Below, piece after piece: positions 1 through 11,100 of a stretch of 34,872 nucleotides of DNA. This stretch comes from Trichomonas gallinae (taxonomy: Eukaryota). Where the stretch lies: assembly GCA_008369845.1 (NCBI GenBank), contig MRSU01003047.1, forward strand, positions 1 through 34,872, read 5' to 3'. The notes under the pieces are model-generated. The model was not told where the DNA came from. It did no database searches and saw nothing but the letters and a program-made list of their open reading frames with translations. The position numbers and the translations under genes are program-made. Numbering within the stretch: the stretch's first letter is position 1; each line of letters begins with the position of its first letter.

Positions 1-840
1 CAAATCGGTTAATTATACTAAGTATCTATTATAGAATGATATATATTATTTACAACATTTCATTTTGAAAGGAAATATAAATTATAATGAAAATATATTT
101 TTTATTATGAAAATTTGAAAAATAATTTAGGGAAAATTCAAACTCGATTTGTAATTGTTTAAATCCTTAGATATCATACATATAGTATCTTTAAGGTGTT
201 TATATAATACCTGCAACGTTTAGGGCAATTTCCTTGAGCCCTTCGAAGTTTCCATACCTTATTTTTTTATTAAAAATTCATATTTGACTCGTATTATTTA
301 ATAATTTAAATATCTCACATCCTAAACTTTTCATTTAATCTGTTTAAATATGTTCATTCTTTAGTTTTAATTTCAAATGTTATCAATTAAATATTCTAAT
401 GAAAATATAACCTACAAATGAAGTATTTCTTTGATATGGACTTAATTTTATCAAAAAAGCACAATGTTATATTTCAATAATTTGAAAGTTTTATTATATC
501 ATATATATGTAACTTGTAATTCTTAATATAACTCTATTGGGAGATAAATAAATATATGACTAGTAGTGAATTTAGTTTTCATTATTAAAAATTGTGAATA
601 AGAATTTTTATTAGATTTGGGCTTTGGCATGAATGTGGTTGTTTCCAATAAGTTAAAAGTAGAGATTTGTGTGTTGTAGTAATGTGAATAAAATCAGTTG
701 ATTCGTTGAAAATAATTCTACTGTCTTATTTTTGATTTTAACTCGAAAAATACGATGTAGACAGTCTTAGAAAGTTAATTATCAAATTAAAATCGATTTT
801 TAAAGTTGGCCACAATTTTTTTTTTCTCCAAAAAAATTTG

Positions 841-2208
841 ATGCAAGTTCCTCCATTGGTTGGTGCGCGACTTCCAACTGATTTAACTAAACAGAGACGT
901 TTAAGTGACAGCAGGAGGTCTAGATATTCGTTTGCAGCACCTCCTAACGAGTTTGTCTACGAACCTGGACTTTCCATGTTAGACAATCGAACTTCTAAGG
1001 ATATTATATCAAAAGAAAACATTAACCACGTGTTATACTCCGATAACATTAATACTCTCAAACAGTTTAACTTCGAAATTCGTAATTTACTAGAGAAAGA
1101 ACCACATATCTTAGATGAAATTTCTAAAGACCAAGAGATTGTTGATGATTGCATCAAAGCAATATCTCTTGTAACAACGGGTGATGGCGTTGAAACGTAT
1201 TGTAAATGCATATATCCATTCTTTAAACGAAATACGGTTGGCTTCATTGATGGAGGCCTTCTGTTCAATTTAAAGGAAAGAATAAGCGTATTTCCTGTTC
1301 GCATACTCGATTTTATTGAAGTTATTCCTGTTTTATCAGGTTATGCACGTGATGCAATGATTTCTCTCGGAATTATTGATGATATAATTAGTTACTTCCT
1401 TCAAAGTCAAAGTATATCAGACCAAGTTGCATGCGCGAAGGTTTTATTAGCACAGTTCACAATTCCTGATCCGTTTCAATCTGATCAAATCAAACCGTTG
1501 ATACCTAGAATCGTTGAGATGTTAAAGTGTGAGAATATAGAAGCACTTAATCTCATTTATTTGACTCTATCTGAGATAAATGGCAGACAACAACTATTTA
1601 CAGCTGATTACATTGAGTTAGGAGTTCATAAATATCTGGCGAAACATATTACAGATCCAAAGCTTACGGCTTCGTGCTTTACATTAGCTGGAAACATGAG
1701 TATTTGTGAGCCAGAGGATATTAAAGAAATGCTTGATTCTGGACTTATTGCACATTACATAAAGCTTTCTAATGAGCATCCAATTGATTCTCATTGGTGT
1801 TTGTCTAATTGTTTCGAAAGTGCGCCAAAAGATTTATATCCAATACTGAAAGACTATATTTTAGAATCAATAAAGAAGAATACTCCCGAAGCTACGGGGT
1901 TTGTTGCAACTGTTTTGTTATTTGCAACATCAGCTGATATCCCAGAAATTTTATCTATGAATGCAATGCAAAATATTCTAGAAAGAACCGACTATCCTGA
2001 TGAGAACCTTGTTGCTCGTATTTTAGATGCAATAGCAAGAGTCCTTATTCTTGGAGCTCATGCAAAGCCAGCAATTGGAAAGGTTGTTGAACCAATTCTC
2101 AAAAATGATGTTTATATTGAAAAGATTAAGCATACAGCAAGCTCAGTGGATGATGCTCCTGTAAGAGAAGTTGCTCAGCAAATTTTGGATCATATCGCAA
2201 CACATTAA
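841..2208 (+). CDS. ARM/HEAT-repeat protein, loosely importin-alpha-like
   Basis: Open frame with ATG at 841 (the track's 838 start is TTG). It has a basic N-terminus (KQRRLSDSRRSR) and helical repeats with ARM-like segments (FTLAGNMS, HWCLSNCF, ILDAIARVL, MLDSGLI). Confidence 0.65.
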   Translation: MQVPPLVGARLPTDLTKQRRLSDSRRSRYSFAAPPNEFVYEPGLSMLDNRTSKDIISKENINHVLYSDNINTLKQFNFEIRNLLEKEPHILDEISKDQEIVDDCIKAISLVTTGDGVETYCKCIYPFFKRNTVGFIDGGLLFNLKERISVFPVRILDFIEVIPVLSGYARDAMISLGIIDDIISYFLQSQSISDQVACAKVLLAQFTIPDPFQSDQIKPLIPRIVEMLKCENIEALNLIYLTLSEINGRQQLFTADYIELGVHKYLAKHITDPKLTASCFTLAGNMSICEPEDIKEMLDSGLIAHYIKLSNEHPIDSHWCLSNCFESAPKDLYPILKDYILESIKKNTPEATGFVATVLLFATSADIPEILSMNAMQNILERTDYPDENLVARILDAIARVLILGAHAKPAIGKVVEPILKNDVYIEKIKHTASSVDDAPVREVAQQILDHIATH

Positions 2209-2541
2209 TTTTATTATGGATGTTTTAGCTAGTATTTCAAAATACAGTGTTTTTATTTATCTCATAATTAAACCATAACAATGCGAGCTAATATTACTAT
2301 GTCATGAAATATTTGTTTAAACGCAAAATCAACAAATATCTTGCTAATATACATCATTTTAAATAATATCTAAAGCGTAAAATGCGAATTCACATCATAT
2401 TTATGTATCTTTGAGTTTTGATCCAGACTATCTTCCAGAATTGCATTTTTTTATCTTCCGAAGTTGCATCCCTAGTGGAAGTAAAGGACATTTTATAAAT
2501 ATATAATTTATAACTTACAAACAAAAAAGTAATATAATTGA

Positions 2542-4722
2542 TTATTGAAGAAGTGCTCTTCTTGGTGTTTTTGCAGCTGAAGAAGGTCTTAAGCTCGATG
2601 ATTTCTTCTTTGTCTTCTCTTCTGTGCCTGTTCCTTTGTCCGATTTCTTCTTTTTCTTCTTCTTCGAACCTTTGGCTGCTTTCTTTTCCTCCTTGAGCTT
2701 GGCTTCCTCCTCACGCTTCTTCTCCTCTTCAGCGTTCTTCTCTTCCATGATCATTCGCTCTTTTTCTCCAAGAGCACCTCTTATCATATCATTGAGCTGC
2801 TTCAGTGATTCAGAGAGGGCAACATTCATTTCGTCCATTTTCTGCTTATGTGCTTCTTCATTCTCTTTTCTCTGAGTCTCGGCTAGTTTCATTCTCATCT
2901 CAGCTCTCTGCCTGTTGCCAGCTTTGAGCTCGAATATCTGCCTGAGCTCAGCGTGCTTCCTTTCCAACTCCATCTTGAGTCTTGACGTTTCATTAGATGT
3001 CTCCAATCTTGCATCTTGTGCTTTCGTGTGTGCTTCTCTTGCCGCATCATATTCTTCCTCCATCCTCTTTAGCTGTTCATCGCATGAAGCCTTGAGATTG
3101 CCCAGTTCTTCTAAATGCAAAGCCTTTTGTGTCGATGTCTGTTCAACAATGGCTTCCTGCTCTTTAATGTCTTCCCTGAATTTCATCAATCTTTTCTCTT
3201 CGCCTTTCAGGAACTCGACGTGGCGTTCAGCAACACCAGCGATGTTTGAGTTCAATGTCTTCTTGTGCTCTTCGATCAGAGAGGCAACTTTCACGTAGCT
3301 CCTATAGCTGAAGTCATTCATTGTAACATCAATATCACCAATAGTTGTGTTCGTCTTCAAAATCTTGATTAATGTGTTGGCTGTTTTATCTCTCATCTCG
3401 TTGTTCTTCAAAAATATCGACACCAATGTCGTGTTTGCTTCGAGGGCTTCGAAGAGTCTGACGCCGCCATCATCCGATATCTTGTTATTCGATAAATAGA
3501 GTTTTTGCAGTGGCTTGTTGTTAACTAAAACGTAAGAAATCGCGGCCGCTCCTTTGCTTGTACATTCTGTCTGCGAAAGATCCAATATGCTCAGTGAAGT
3601 GTTCTGTTCGAGCGACTCCATGAGCTTCGCTATACCGCTATCTCCTATTTTGTTTGAGCTCAAATTCAAATTGCGAATCTTAGAATATGTTTTGAGGATG
3701 TGACACAAATATTCCAAACCGTCGCTGATATTGTTGTGAGATAAGTTGAGATTGCTGACGCGGCATCCATTGTCGTAGGCCTGCAGAAGATACTTGAGTA
3801 TGTTCTTCGTGAAATTGTTGCGAGAAAGATCCAAGTACCTCAAAGATTTCGTCCGAGAAAGTTGATTTGCAAGAGTTGGACCCGAATCATCGCCAATGAG
3901 ATTACGAGAAAGTATGAGACTTTCTAGTTGTCCGAAGGCTCCAGACTGAGAAAACATTGAAATTGCGCCCGCTGAACCAAATCTATTCGATGAAATATCT
4001 AAATACATCAATGAATTGTTGTTTGGCAGAGCTTGTCCAATATATTTGCATCCTTCAGCTGTAAGGCCACACATTGCTACATTTAATGTACTTATTACGC
4101 CATTATTAACTAATAAATTTGCTAAAGCTTGAGAACCAGGCGTGCCGATACGGTTCCTATCGATTCCATCAATTGCGCTTAAATCTAGCGAAGTTAAGTG
4201 GCTGTTGTGCAATAATCCATCAAATATTTGACAACAGCCATCAATTCCAATGTTATTCGATCTAAGATCAAGTTGTATGATTAGTGGATCGAAAGAAAGA
4301 TAGTGTGCAAGATAATAAGCTCCTTGGTCAGTTAATCTGTTCAAAGACAAATCCAATAGATAAAAAGGGCGTTTATAAGGCAGTAATCCCATTAGATTCT
4401 GTGCTGATAAAGGACCAAGACCTAATCCAGTAAAATTTAATGTTTTTTTGTGAATCGAATTTAAAAATTGCTCAACAAAACGCATTCTTGCTGTATCATT
4501 CGGTATTAATTCAAGATCAGTGCATTTACATTTGTAAATTAAACGTGCATCGTCTTCAGTCAGTTCCGTTGATGAATCAATATCATATGTCCTTTCTCTA
4601 GTCGAATTTTTCAGTTCTGATGAAAATTGTTTCTTCACGATGTTGTGGTTGATTACAATACTGTTAATTTTGTTGTCTATGTTCCTCCTGAACGAGTCAG
4701 AGAGGAACCTCTTCACGTTCAT
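2542..4722 (-). CDS. RNI-like leucine-rich repeat protein with C-terminal coiled coil and Lys-rich tail
   Basis: 726 aa ORF with about 12 repeats of ~28 aa of the LxxLxLsxNxIgdxG type (LDLSLNRLTDQGA, LDLRSNNIGIDG, LNLSSNKIGDSG, LYLSNNKISDDG), then an E/K/R-rich coiled coil and a poly-Lys stretch. Confidence 0.9.
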   Translation of the reverse strand: MNVKRFLSDSFRRNIDNKINSIVINHNIVKKQFSSELKNSTRERTYDIDSSTELTEDDARLIYKCKCTDLELIPNDTARMRFVEQFLNSIHKKTLNFTGLGLGPLSAQNLMGLLPYKRPFYLLDLSLNRLTDQGAYYLAHYLSFDPLIIQLDLRSNNIGIDGCCQIFDGLLHNSHLTSLDLSAIDGIDRNRIGTPGSQALANLLVNNGVISTLNVAMCGLTAEGCKYIGQALPNNNSLMYLDISSNRFGSAGAISMFSQSGAFGQLESLILSRNLIGDDSGPTLANQLSRTKSLRYLDLSRNNFTKNILKYLLQAYDNGCRVSNLNLSHNNISDGLEYLCHILKTYSKIRNLNLSSNKIGDSGIAKLMESLEQNTSLSILDLSQTECTSKGAAAISYVLVNNKPLQKLYLSNNKISDDGGVRLFEALEANTTLVSIFLKNNEMRDKTANTLIKILKTNTTIGDIDVTMNDFSYRSYVKVASLIEEHKKTLNSNIAGVAERHVEFLKGEEKRLMKFREDIKEQEAIVEQTSTQKALHLEELGNLKASCDEQLKRMEEEYDAAREAHTKAQDARLETSNETSRLKMELERKHAELRQIFELKAGNRQRAEMRMKLAETQRKENEEAHKQKMDEMNVALSESLKQLNDMIRGALGEKERMIMEEKNAEEEKKREEEAKLKEEKKAAKGSKKKKKKKSDKGTGTEEKTKKKSSSLRPSSAAKTPRRALLQ

Positions 4723-4774
4723 TTTTGATGTACGTTAAACAGTAAATTTTTCAAAATTTTTTATTGTCCAAATA

Positions 4775-5380
4775 CAATGACCCATTTCATGCATAGATTT
4801 AGGACCAATATGAGGAGTAGGAACATTATTGAATGTTTATTCATGTTGTTTGCAGTATTTTTCAAATCATGAAATTGATGTCTATCGATAATGGTATGTT
4901 TTTCACACAAAATAAACTTAGTGATCTCCAATTTATATTTAAATCATTGTTTTCGCATGTAATTGACAACAATTTTTTGCTTCGTGGATTGCCTATGTAC
5001 AATGACTCATTTCATGCATAGATATAAAACAAACAGAATAAATTGGAACATTATTTAATGTTTATTCATGTTGTTTGCGGTTTTTTTTTGCATATTTTGA
5101 ATTTTATATGTCTATCGATAATGATATGTTTTTGACACAAAATAAACTTAGAGAGCCCTAGTATGTACATAAATCGCTGTTTTGGCATGCAATATAGAAC
5201 ATTTTTTTATTTTAAAATATTCATATGCAATGACCTATTTCTAGAGTAAAATTAAAATAAGTAGATTGAGTGGTAACATTATCTGCTATTTATTCATGCT
5301 GTTTACAATTTTTATGATATTTGATTATAATCAAATGTTCTTCTGAATATAATATAAGTGGGACATAAAAATATACTATA
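4775..5380. repeat. Diverged tandem array, about 3 x 225 bp
   Basis: Units start with CAATGAC at 4775, 5000 and 5228. Units 1 and 2 share CATTTCATGCATAGAT, GGAACATTATT.AATGTTTATTCATGTTGTTTGC, ATGTCTATCGATAATG.TATGTTTTT and ACACAAAATAAACTTAG. Unit 3 is more diverged and probably partial. Confidence 0.85.
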
Positions 5381-5583
5381 TTGAATGGGATTCACATTCA
5401 TTATCTATTGAATTCGATGTCTTTCGATAAAGGAAGAAACATCTGAAAGTTGATAAATAACCTAAGTAGAGGAAAATGTTTTCAATATAAAGTTAATAAG
5501 AACATAATTCGTTAATGAATTTTTTTTGCCATCTTGACTTTTCGATGTCATTTTTTTAGTTGTTGGAAATCTTTTTTATTTGA

Positions 5584-7350
5584 ATGTCTTTTCCATCAAT
5601 TGAGCTCGATTACAACGATATAGTCAACAGAATTGATATACTTATTGAAACAGAATGACTGTTTAAATTCGATATTCCAGAAATTAAACAAGTTCTTAAA
5701 CGCACTCAGATAACATGCGAGCAAATACAGAAATTCGTCCAAAAACTACCGATTTATTATGAACCTGACGAAATTATCTAGATTTTGCATTTCATTAATT
5801 ATCAAGAAACATATGATCGCAGACATTTACAAAATACATTGCAAATAATATCAGAAAGTATTAAAATACTTACACTATTACAGTCATTTCAATCAATAAA
5901 AGTAAATTATAATTTTAATTAAAACGTCGTTAATGATTTCAACGAGTCAGCATATTTCATTTGAAATAGAGGAGATTGAATCGAAAATGGTCCCATCATC
6001 TCTTAGAGATAGAATGGTACCACAAAAAATACATTTTATACCATGTGAAAATGAATAATTTCATTTTGAAGAATGTTTCAATACTTACATTGTTTCACTC
6101 AGAGTTGCTTATATGAAAGATGAAGGCATGAGAAAGAAATGCATAAATGTATTAGTTAATTCCAAACTTACTAATAAGATAGTGGAAATTTTGAAAAAAT
6201 TATACTATAGATCCATATTTTTTAAAATTCCTGCTGGAATATTTCAAAATTCAAGTTAATTCATTTGATATTTATAACTTTTGGCTGGATAATGATATTG
6301 AAATGTTTTACTTACTTTATAGTAACAAATATACAAGCTTCATCCAAAAGGCAGAAATTATTATCTTACTGTTAATCAAACAGAGTTGCTTGAACATCTT
6401 AAGATTTTTTATTTTCAATTATCAAAAAGTCAAAGAAAAGATACAATCAGCCATTAAAATGCTTCAAGAACCATTACCACCATTGATAGATAATTATCTA
6501 TTTAAAGACCTTTAAAAAAAGATTTAGAGATTTTGAAGTGTAAGGGAACAATTCTATGCGATCAACTTTATCCATATTCACAGCCTCTTAATTTAAAATA
6601 TAAATTACTGTTATACATAGTAATTGAAACGCAATATGAACATTTTGATAGCTAATAGCGTAGAACTATTACATTACTCAATAACAATTTTGATATGCCT
6701 AATGGTAAACCAATTATTACAAAAATGGGTTCAGCTCTACGAGTGTTCGTTTTAGGAGATAAATGTAGTCAAGATTTAACAGGTTTTTAGCAGAAAAATT
6801 CAATATGAGCTATAGCTTATTAACATATATCTTTCATTTTAATTTCGATCTTTTCAAAGACTTTGCAATTGATCATGAATATAATCAAAGAATTGTTGAA
6901 TACATGTTCATGCAAAGCTGTTATTATTCTTTTCCTTTATCAAAACATCCGAAGTCTTTCAGCACAGTTGATCCTATTGGTGTTTTGTTTGCTATTATTG
7001 GCAGTCAAAGTGAATATATTTTCGAGCTGGTTAAAATGCTTAGTTTTAACATGTTGATTTAATTTAGTTGCTATGGAAACGCGCCATTACATGCTGCTTG
7101 CAAGTTTGGAAGATATCTACATCAAAAATCGATCGGGATACATGTCAATTCATTTTGCGATAGTTGAAGTTTTTTTGGATATTGTTCAATTTTTCATTGA
7201 TCGTGATGCAAAACTGTAAACAATTATTTATGAAGATTTTTGGAGACAGCATCCACATCCAAGGCTACGCAATTACTTTAATTAAAATCAAAAACACTAA
7301 AAAATTAACCCTTGATCAAATATTGGACTCCTTTGTAATTCGATGACATT
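5584..7350 (+). pseudogene. Decayed ankyrin-repeat protein gene
   Basis: ATG at 5584 reads MSFPSIELDYNDIVNRIDILIETE*LFKFDIPEIKQVLK...EII*ILHF, with in-frame stops at 5656 and 5779. Further protein-like fragments follow in shifting frames (6303-6515, 6805-7062), and an ankyrin motif GNAPLHAACKFGR lies at 7075-7113. The 3' boundary is approximate. Confidence 0.7.
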
Positions 7351-8199
7351 AATTACAATTAGATCACAACCCTTACAATTCAACTATCCTAATTGCATAC
7401 ATTTATCTTGAAGTAATTACTTTGATAAAATTAGGATTGAGTCAAAATTGTTAAAAATTAATCTTTGATCAGATATTATTATTGGCAACATGTTTGCTTC
7501 ACAATTTTGATGTTTTAATTAACATTATGATTTTGATTTTCCAAAAATAAAAATGATTTTGAGTTTAGACTATGTTCTTGATGTTTTCGCTGATTTTGTA
7601 TTCATTTTTTTGCGAAAAGTAACACAAATAAAAAAAATATTTTGAATTATGATAAATTGTGGATATCAGTAACGCAATGAAATAAGAATTCATTTAAATA
7701 GAAACGAGTGTTATTTAATATATCATGAGTCGTTGAATTTCGATTTTTGAAATCATACCCAAATATCAAATTTTGTTTTAGAAATAGAATAGTTTTTGTC
7801 TATTTAAGATATAATTGAATTTAAATTTACAATTTAAAAATTTGCCTATTTTTGATTTTTGTCTTTAATCGATTTCCATCGATGTAATTTCAAAAATTTG
7901 ATATATATATAAAATGGTCATTGCATATTTAGTCCTTTTTGGTTTACTCGGCTTTTGGTTTTCAGTCCGGCAAAATTTGTATCTGTTTCTGCACGGAAAT
8001 AATCATATTTCCTTTGTGTGATGCGCATTTTTAAGTCAGATTATCGAAAATTTTGGAAATTCAAAAAATGTGATGTGAATTTTATTTTTTGCAAAAACGC
8101 AAAATAAACGTGAGATTTTAAGTACATGCAAGGAACAAATTCCAAATCCAAAATAAAAAACCAAAATCTAAAAAAATGAAAATAAAATTTTTTTTATAA

Positions 8200-11100
8200 A
8201 TGAATTCGAGTCAAGATAATTACATCGTTAACACTAAGCATTTGATATCTGAGCCACTTCCTGCAACCGAAAGCTCAGATTTCAACAGTGGCCTCTACTC
8301 GAATTTAAAGAATTGGACTCTTCCGATATTATCAAGTCCGACAATGAAATATCATTTCATAAATGACTTAGCAATGCCTCCACCGACTGTTTCTGAGTAT
8401 AACAATGAATATAATCTACCAGAAGAAGATAAAACTTTGCTCGCAGATAAAATCGAACCAAAAATCATCGATCAATTCTTGAGATTAAAGGAGGTGCCAT
8501 TCACCAGCGATATAACATACGATATAAACTCCGTTTTTTCGGTCACAGACTATAGACCTGTACCTGAACCTAGTGTCACAATTCCCGATACTTTCGATAA
8601 CTTGTTTTACACGTATATTTCCGTCAGCCTCCAGCCTATCGGACAGCATGGTACAGCTGAGCCACTTTCAAACTACACAGGAATGCTTTTTGTTTACAAT
8701 ATACAAACAAAAATGCCTTTAACGGAAGCAGCTTACTTTAAATATCAGCTGGGCAAAATTGAGTTCAGCAAGACAAATACAGGAACAGTAATTTTCAAAA
8801 TACCGAAATCAGAAAAAAATATTTTATTAGTTTCCGTTTTAATGCATCCAGATGCTGGAAAACCAAACACATTCCTCGCAAACTGCTGCCCAGGCAACCA
8901 CCAAAGAGTCGATAACCACATGCTGCATGTTCCTTTTGCATATTCTACTGTTTATCCATATACGACGGTTCCTGAGACGAATTTCAACTTCACCTGGACA
9001 CTGCTTAATGAACAAGATTTGCTCGGAAAGATCAGCCTCAGCCCAGGACCAGAAGAAACATCGATTAGCTTAATTTCAAAAGTAACAATCCACGAGCTCG
9101 AATATTATGAGCTTGAAGGATATGGAACATACGACCACCCTGATCCACAATATCCATATATGTGTTTCCCAGCACAATCTCAAATTTTCAGCAAACTTCC
9201 GATGATTACAATTACAAACATCTCATTCACATTCAATAACATACCGAAAGCTTTCTTAGTATTCTTCAAAGTCTATTTCTGCGAAGATATTACAAACATT
9301 ACTGATCCATACGGAATGGTTGGATTCGTCCAGCAAACAGAAAACGGACTTACAAACTACTACCAATCATGCTACATGCAGCCGGCAAAGAAAATCGTTT
9401 TCCCAGATATTGTCAGATTTCAATTCAGTCGTCCACTTGGCCCGAGGTCGCATTTCGTCGTCCAATTCGTCGTATTGGGCAGCGAAAGAGAGCCGATGAT
9501 CTACAAATGCGGCATTATTGAGCTTTTCCAAAATGGACCAGTCGAATTCGATCTCCAAACTTACAATACGATGCAGCCAAAGAAACTACAAGGCCAGTAC
9601 CTTACTCGTCCTAAGGTTACAACTCACTCAAACCTTCAATGCATCGTCGATCTTCCTCCAGCTCTTTATCCGCCTCCAGCGTTCATTACTTTGTCAGAAT
9701 CCATTATGCCGCAGCAGATCAACTGGAATCAAGTCAAGTCAACGCCACGAATGATACTTAAAAGACAAGTTTTACCAACAATTGTTAAATTGTTGACACT
9801 TCTCAGCCAGCAAACATTAGGACAGATCCTCGATCTCATCGCAACATTCAACGATGATAAGGGAGTCAAAGATATCGTCAGATCTTATATTTTTAATAAT
9901 TTCAAGACAAATACAAAACCGAATTTCTTTTCAACGTTCGTTACTAATCTCGACCAGCTCCTTCAGGAGGGTCTTGAACAAAATAGCGAAGTTCTCAGAA
10001 ATCTTTGCTGCAGTTTTGACATTATTGCTTCACTTATTGTTGTTTCCTTCGAACAAAAGACAGAAATGCAGATTCCACAGCAATTACTTTCGTTATTCAT
10101 CAAATTTACAAACATTTTTGCAAGGATGATTGAAAATAAGACAGATTTCAATCTTAACGACGTTGTTCTCAAGTTTGGATGGCTTACATATCATTTCTGC
10201 TCTCTCCTCGATGCCAGATCAATGACAATAATTATTAATTATCATCTCAGAACAATGATGGCAATCAAAGACAGCTACCAGGCTATGATGGCTGTTTTCG
10301 AGTTCCTTATCCCATTCACAAGGACTCCAGACTTCGTCAGATACTTTGCAACAAGAATTCCAGTCAGGCCGCTCTCAGAGAAGCTTATGTCTCCTTTCCA
10401 GCCAACACTTTCTCTCATTTTCCTCTGTATATCACAAGCATTCGGTATGCAGAACGAAAAACTCATTACAACGGCAGTTAATTTCATCGCCAGATTAACT
10501 CTGCCACTTGAAACGGTAGAAGAAGGAAGAGACAGGTTTAGAGTTGGCTACGCGCTTTTCCCATTGTTCGATTTGCTCACTGTCGCATACGATACAGTTT
10601 TCTCAGAAGAAGACAGACACTTGCTCGTCCCCACGATCTTGTTCCTCCTCAGCTATATCCCTCGTGGCCTCATGCGCACATTCTTCAAGACAGTCAACGT
10701 AACATTCAGAGAGAGAATTTTGTCTTTCCTTTATGTTGTCGTTAAGAGCTGCATCGAGCAGTTGTCTGAGAAAGTCACTGTCTACAACTCCCAGCTCAAT
10801 GAAATGACAAAGAGAATGCTGATGTTCGTCGCAACGAACTTGAATGAGTTTTCTGAGTGCATAGGATCTGCCTGCTCGCTATTGAGTTTGCTCGCTACGA
10901 CACCTCACCAGATTCCTCGCAACTACCCGAGACTGTTCTCAGCTATAGCAGGCATCATCGAGAAGTATCCACGTCAGAGACAACTGATGACAGATTTATT
11001 GTCTATGATAACAATGAAGTTGCACATCGCGAGATGCTTCGCAACGACATTGATTCTCTTGTTCTTCAAGAGTGACTATGATACTCGTAACAGTATCACT

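Noticed and set aside
2624..3298. Antisense Ser/Phe/Leu-rich ORFs (also 24289-24777 and others nested in long genes)
   Set aside because: These are shadows of K/E/D-rich or repeat-coding sense strands, with no independent coding signal.
4775..5380. CRISPR-like array
   Set aside because: Whole units are homologous with no unique spacers, there are no cas genes, and the context is eukaryotic.
5584..5990. Stop-codon reassignment or readthrough explaining the in-frame stops
   Set aside because: All three stop types plus frameshifts occur, while the long neighbouring genes are open in the standard code. Decay is the simpler explanation.
7270..7480. Short degenerate duplication (AAAAATTAA.C.TTGATCA.ATATT twice, about 150 bp apart)
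   Set aside because: Too short and AT-rich to define a repeat unit confidently.
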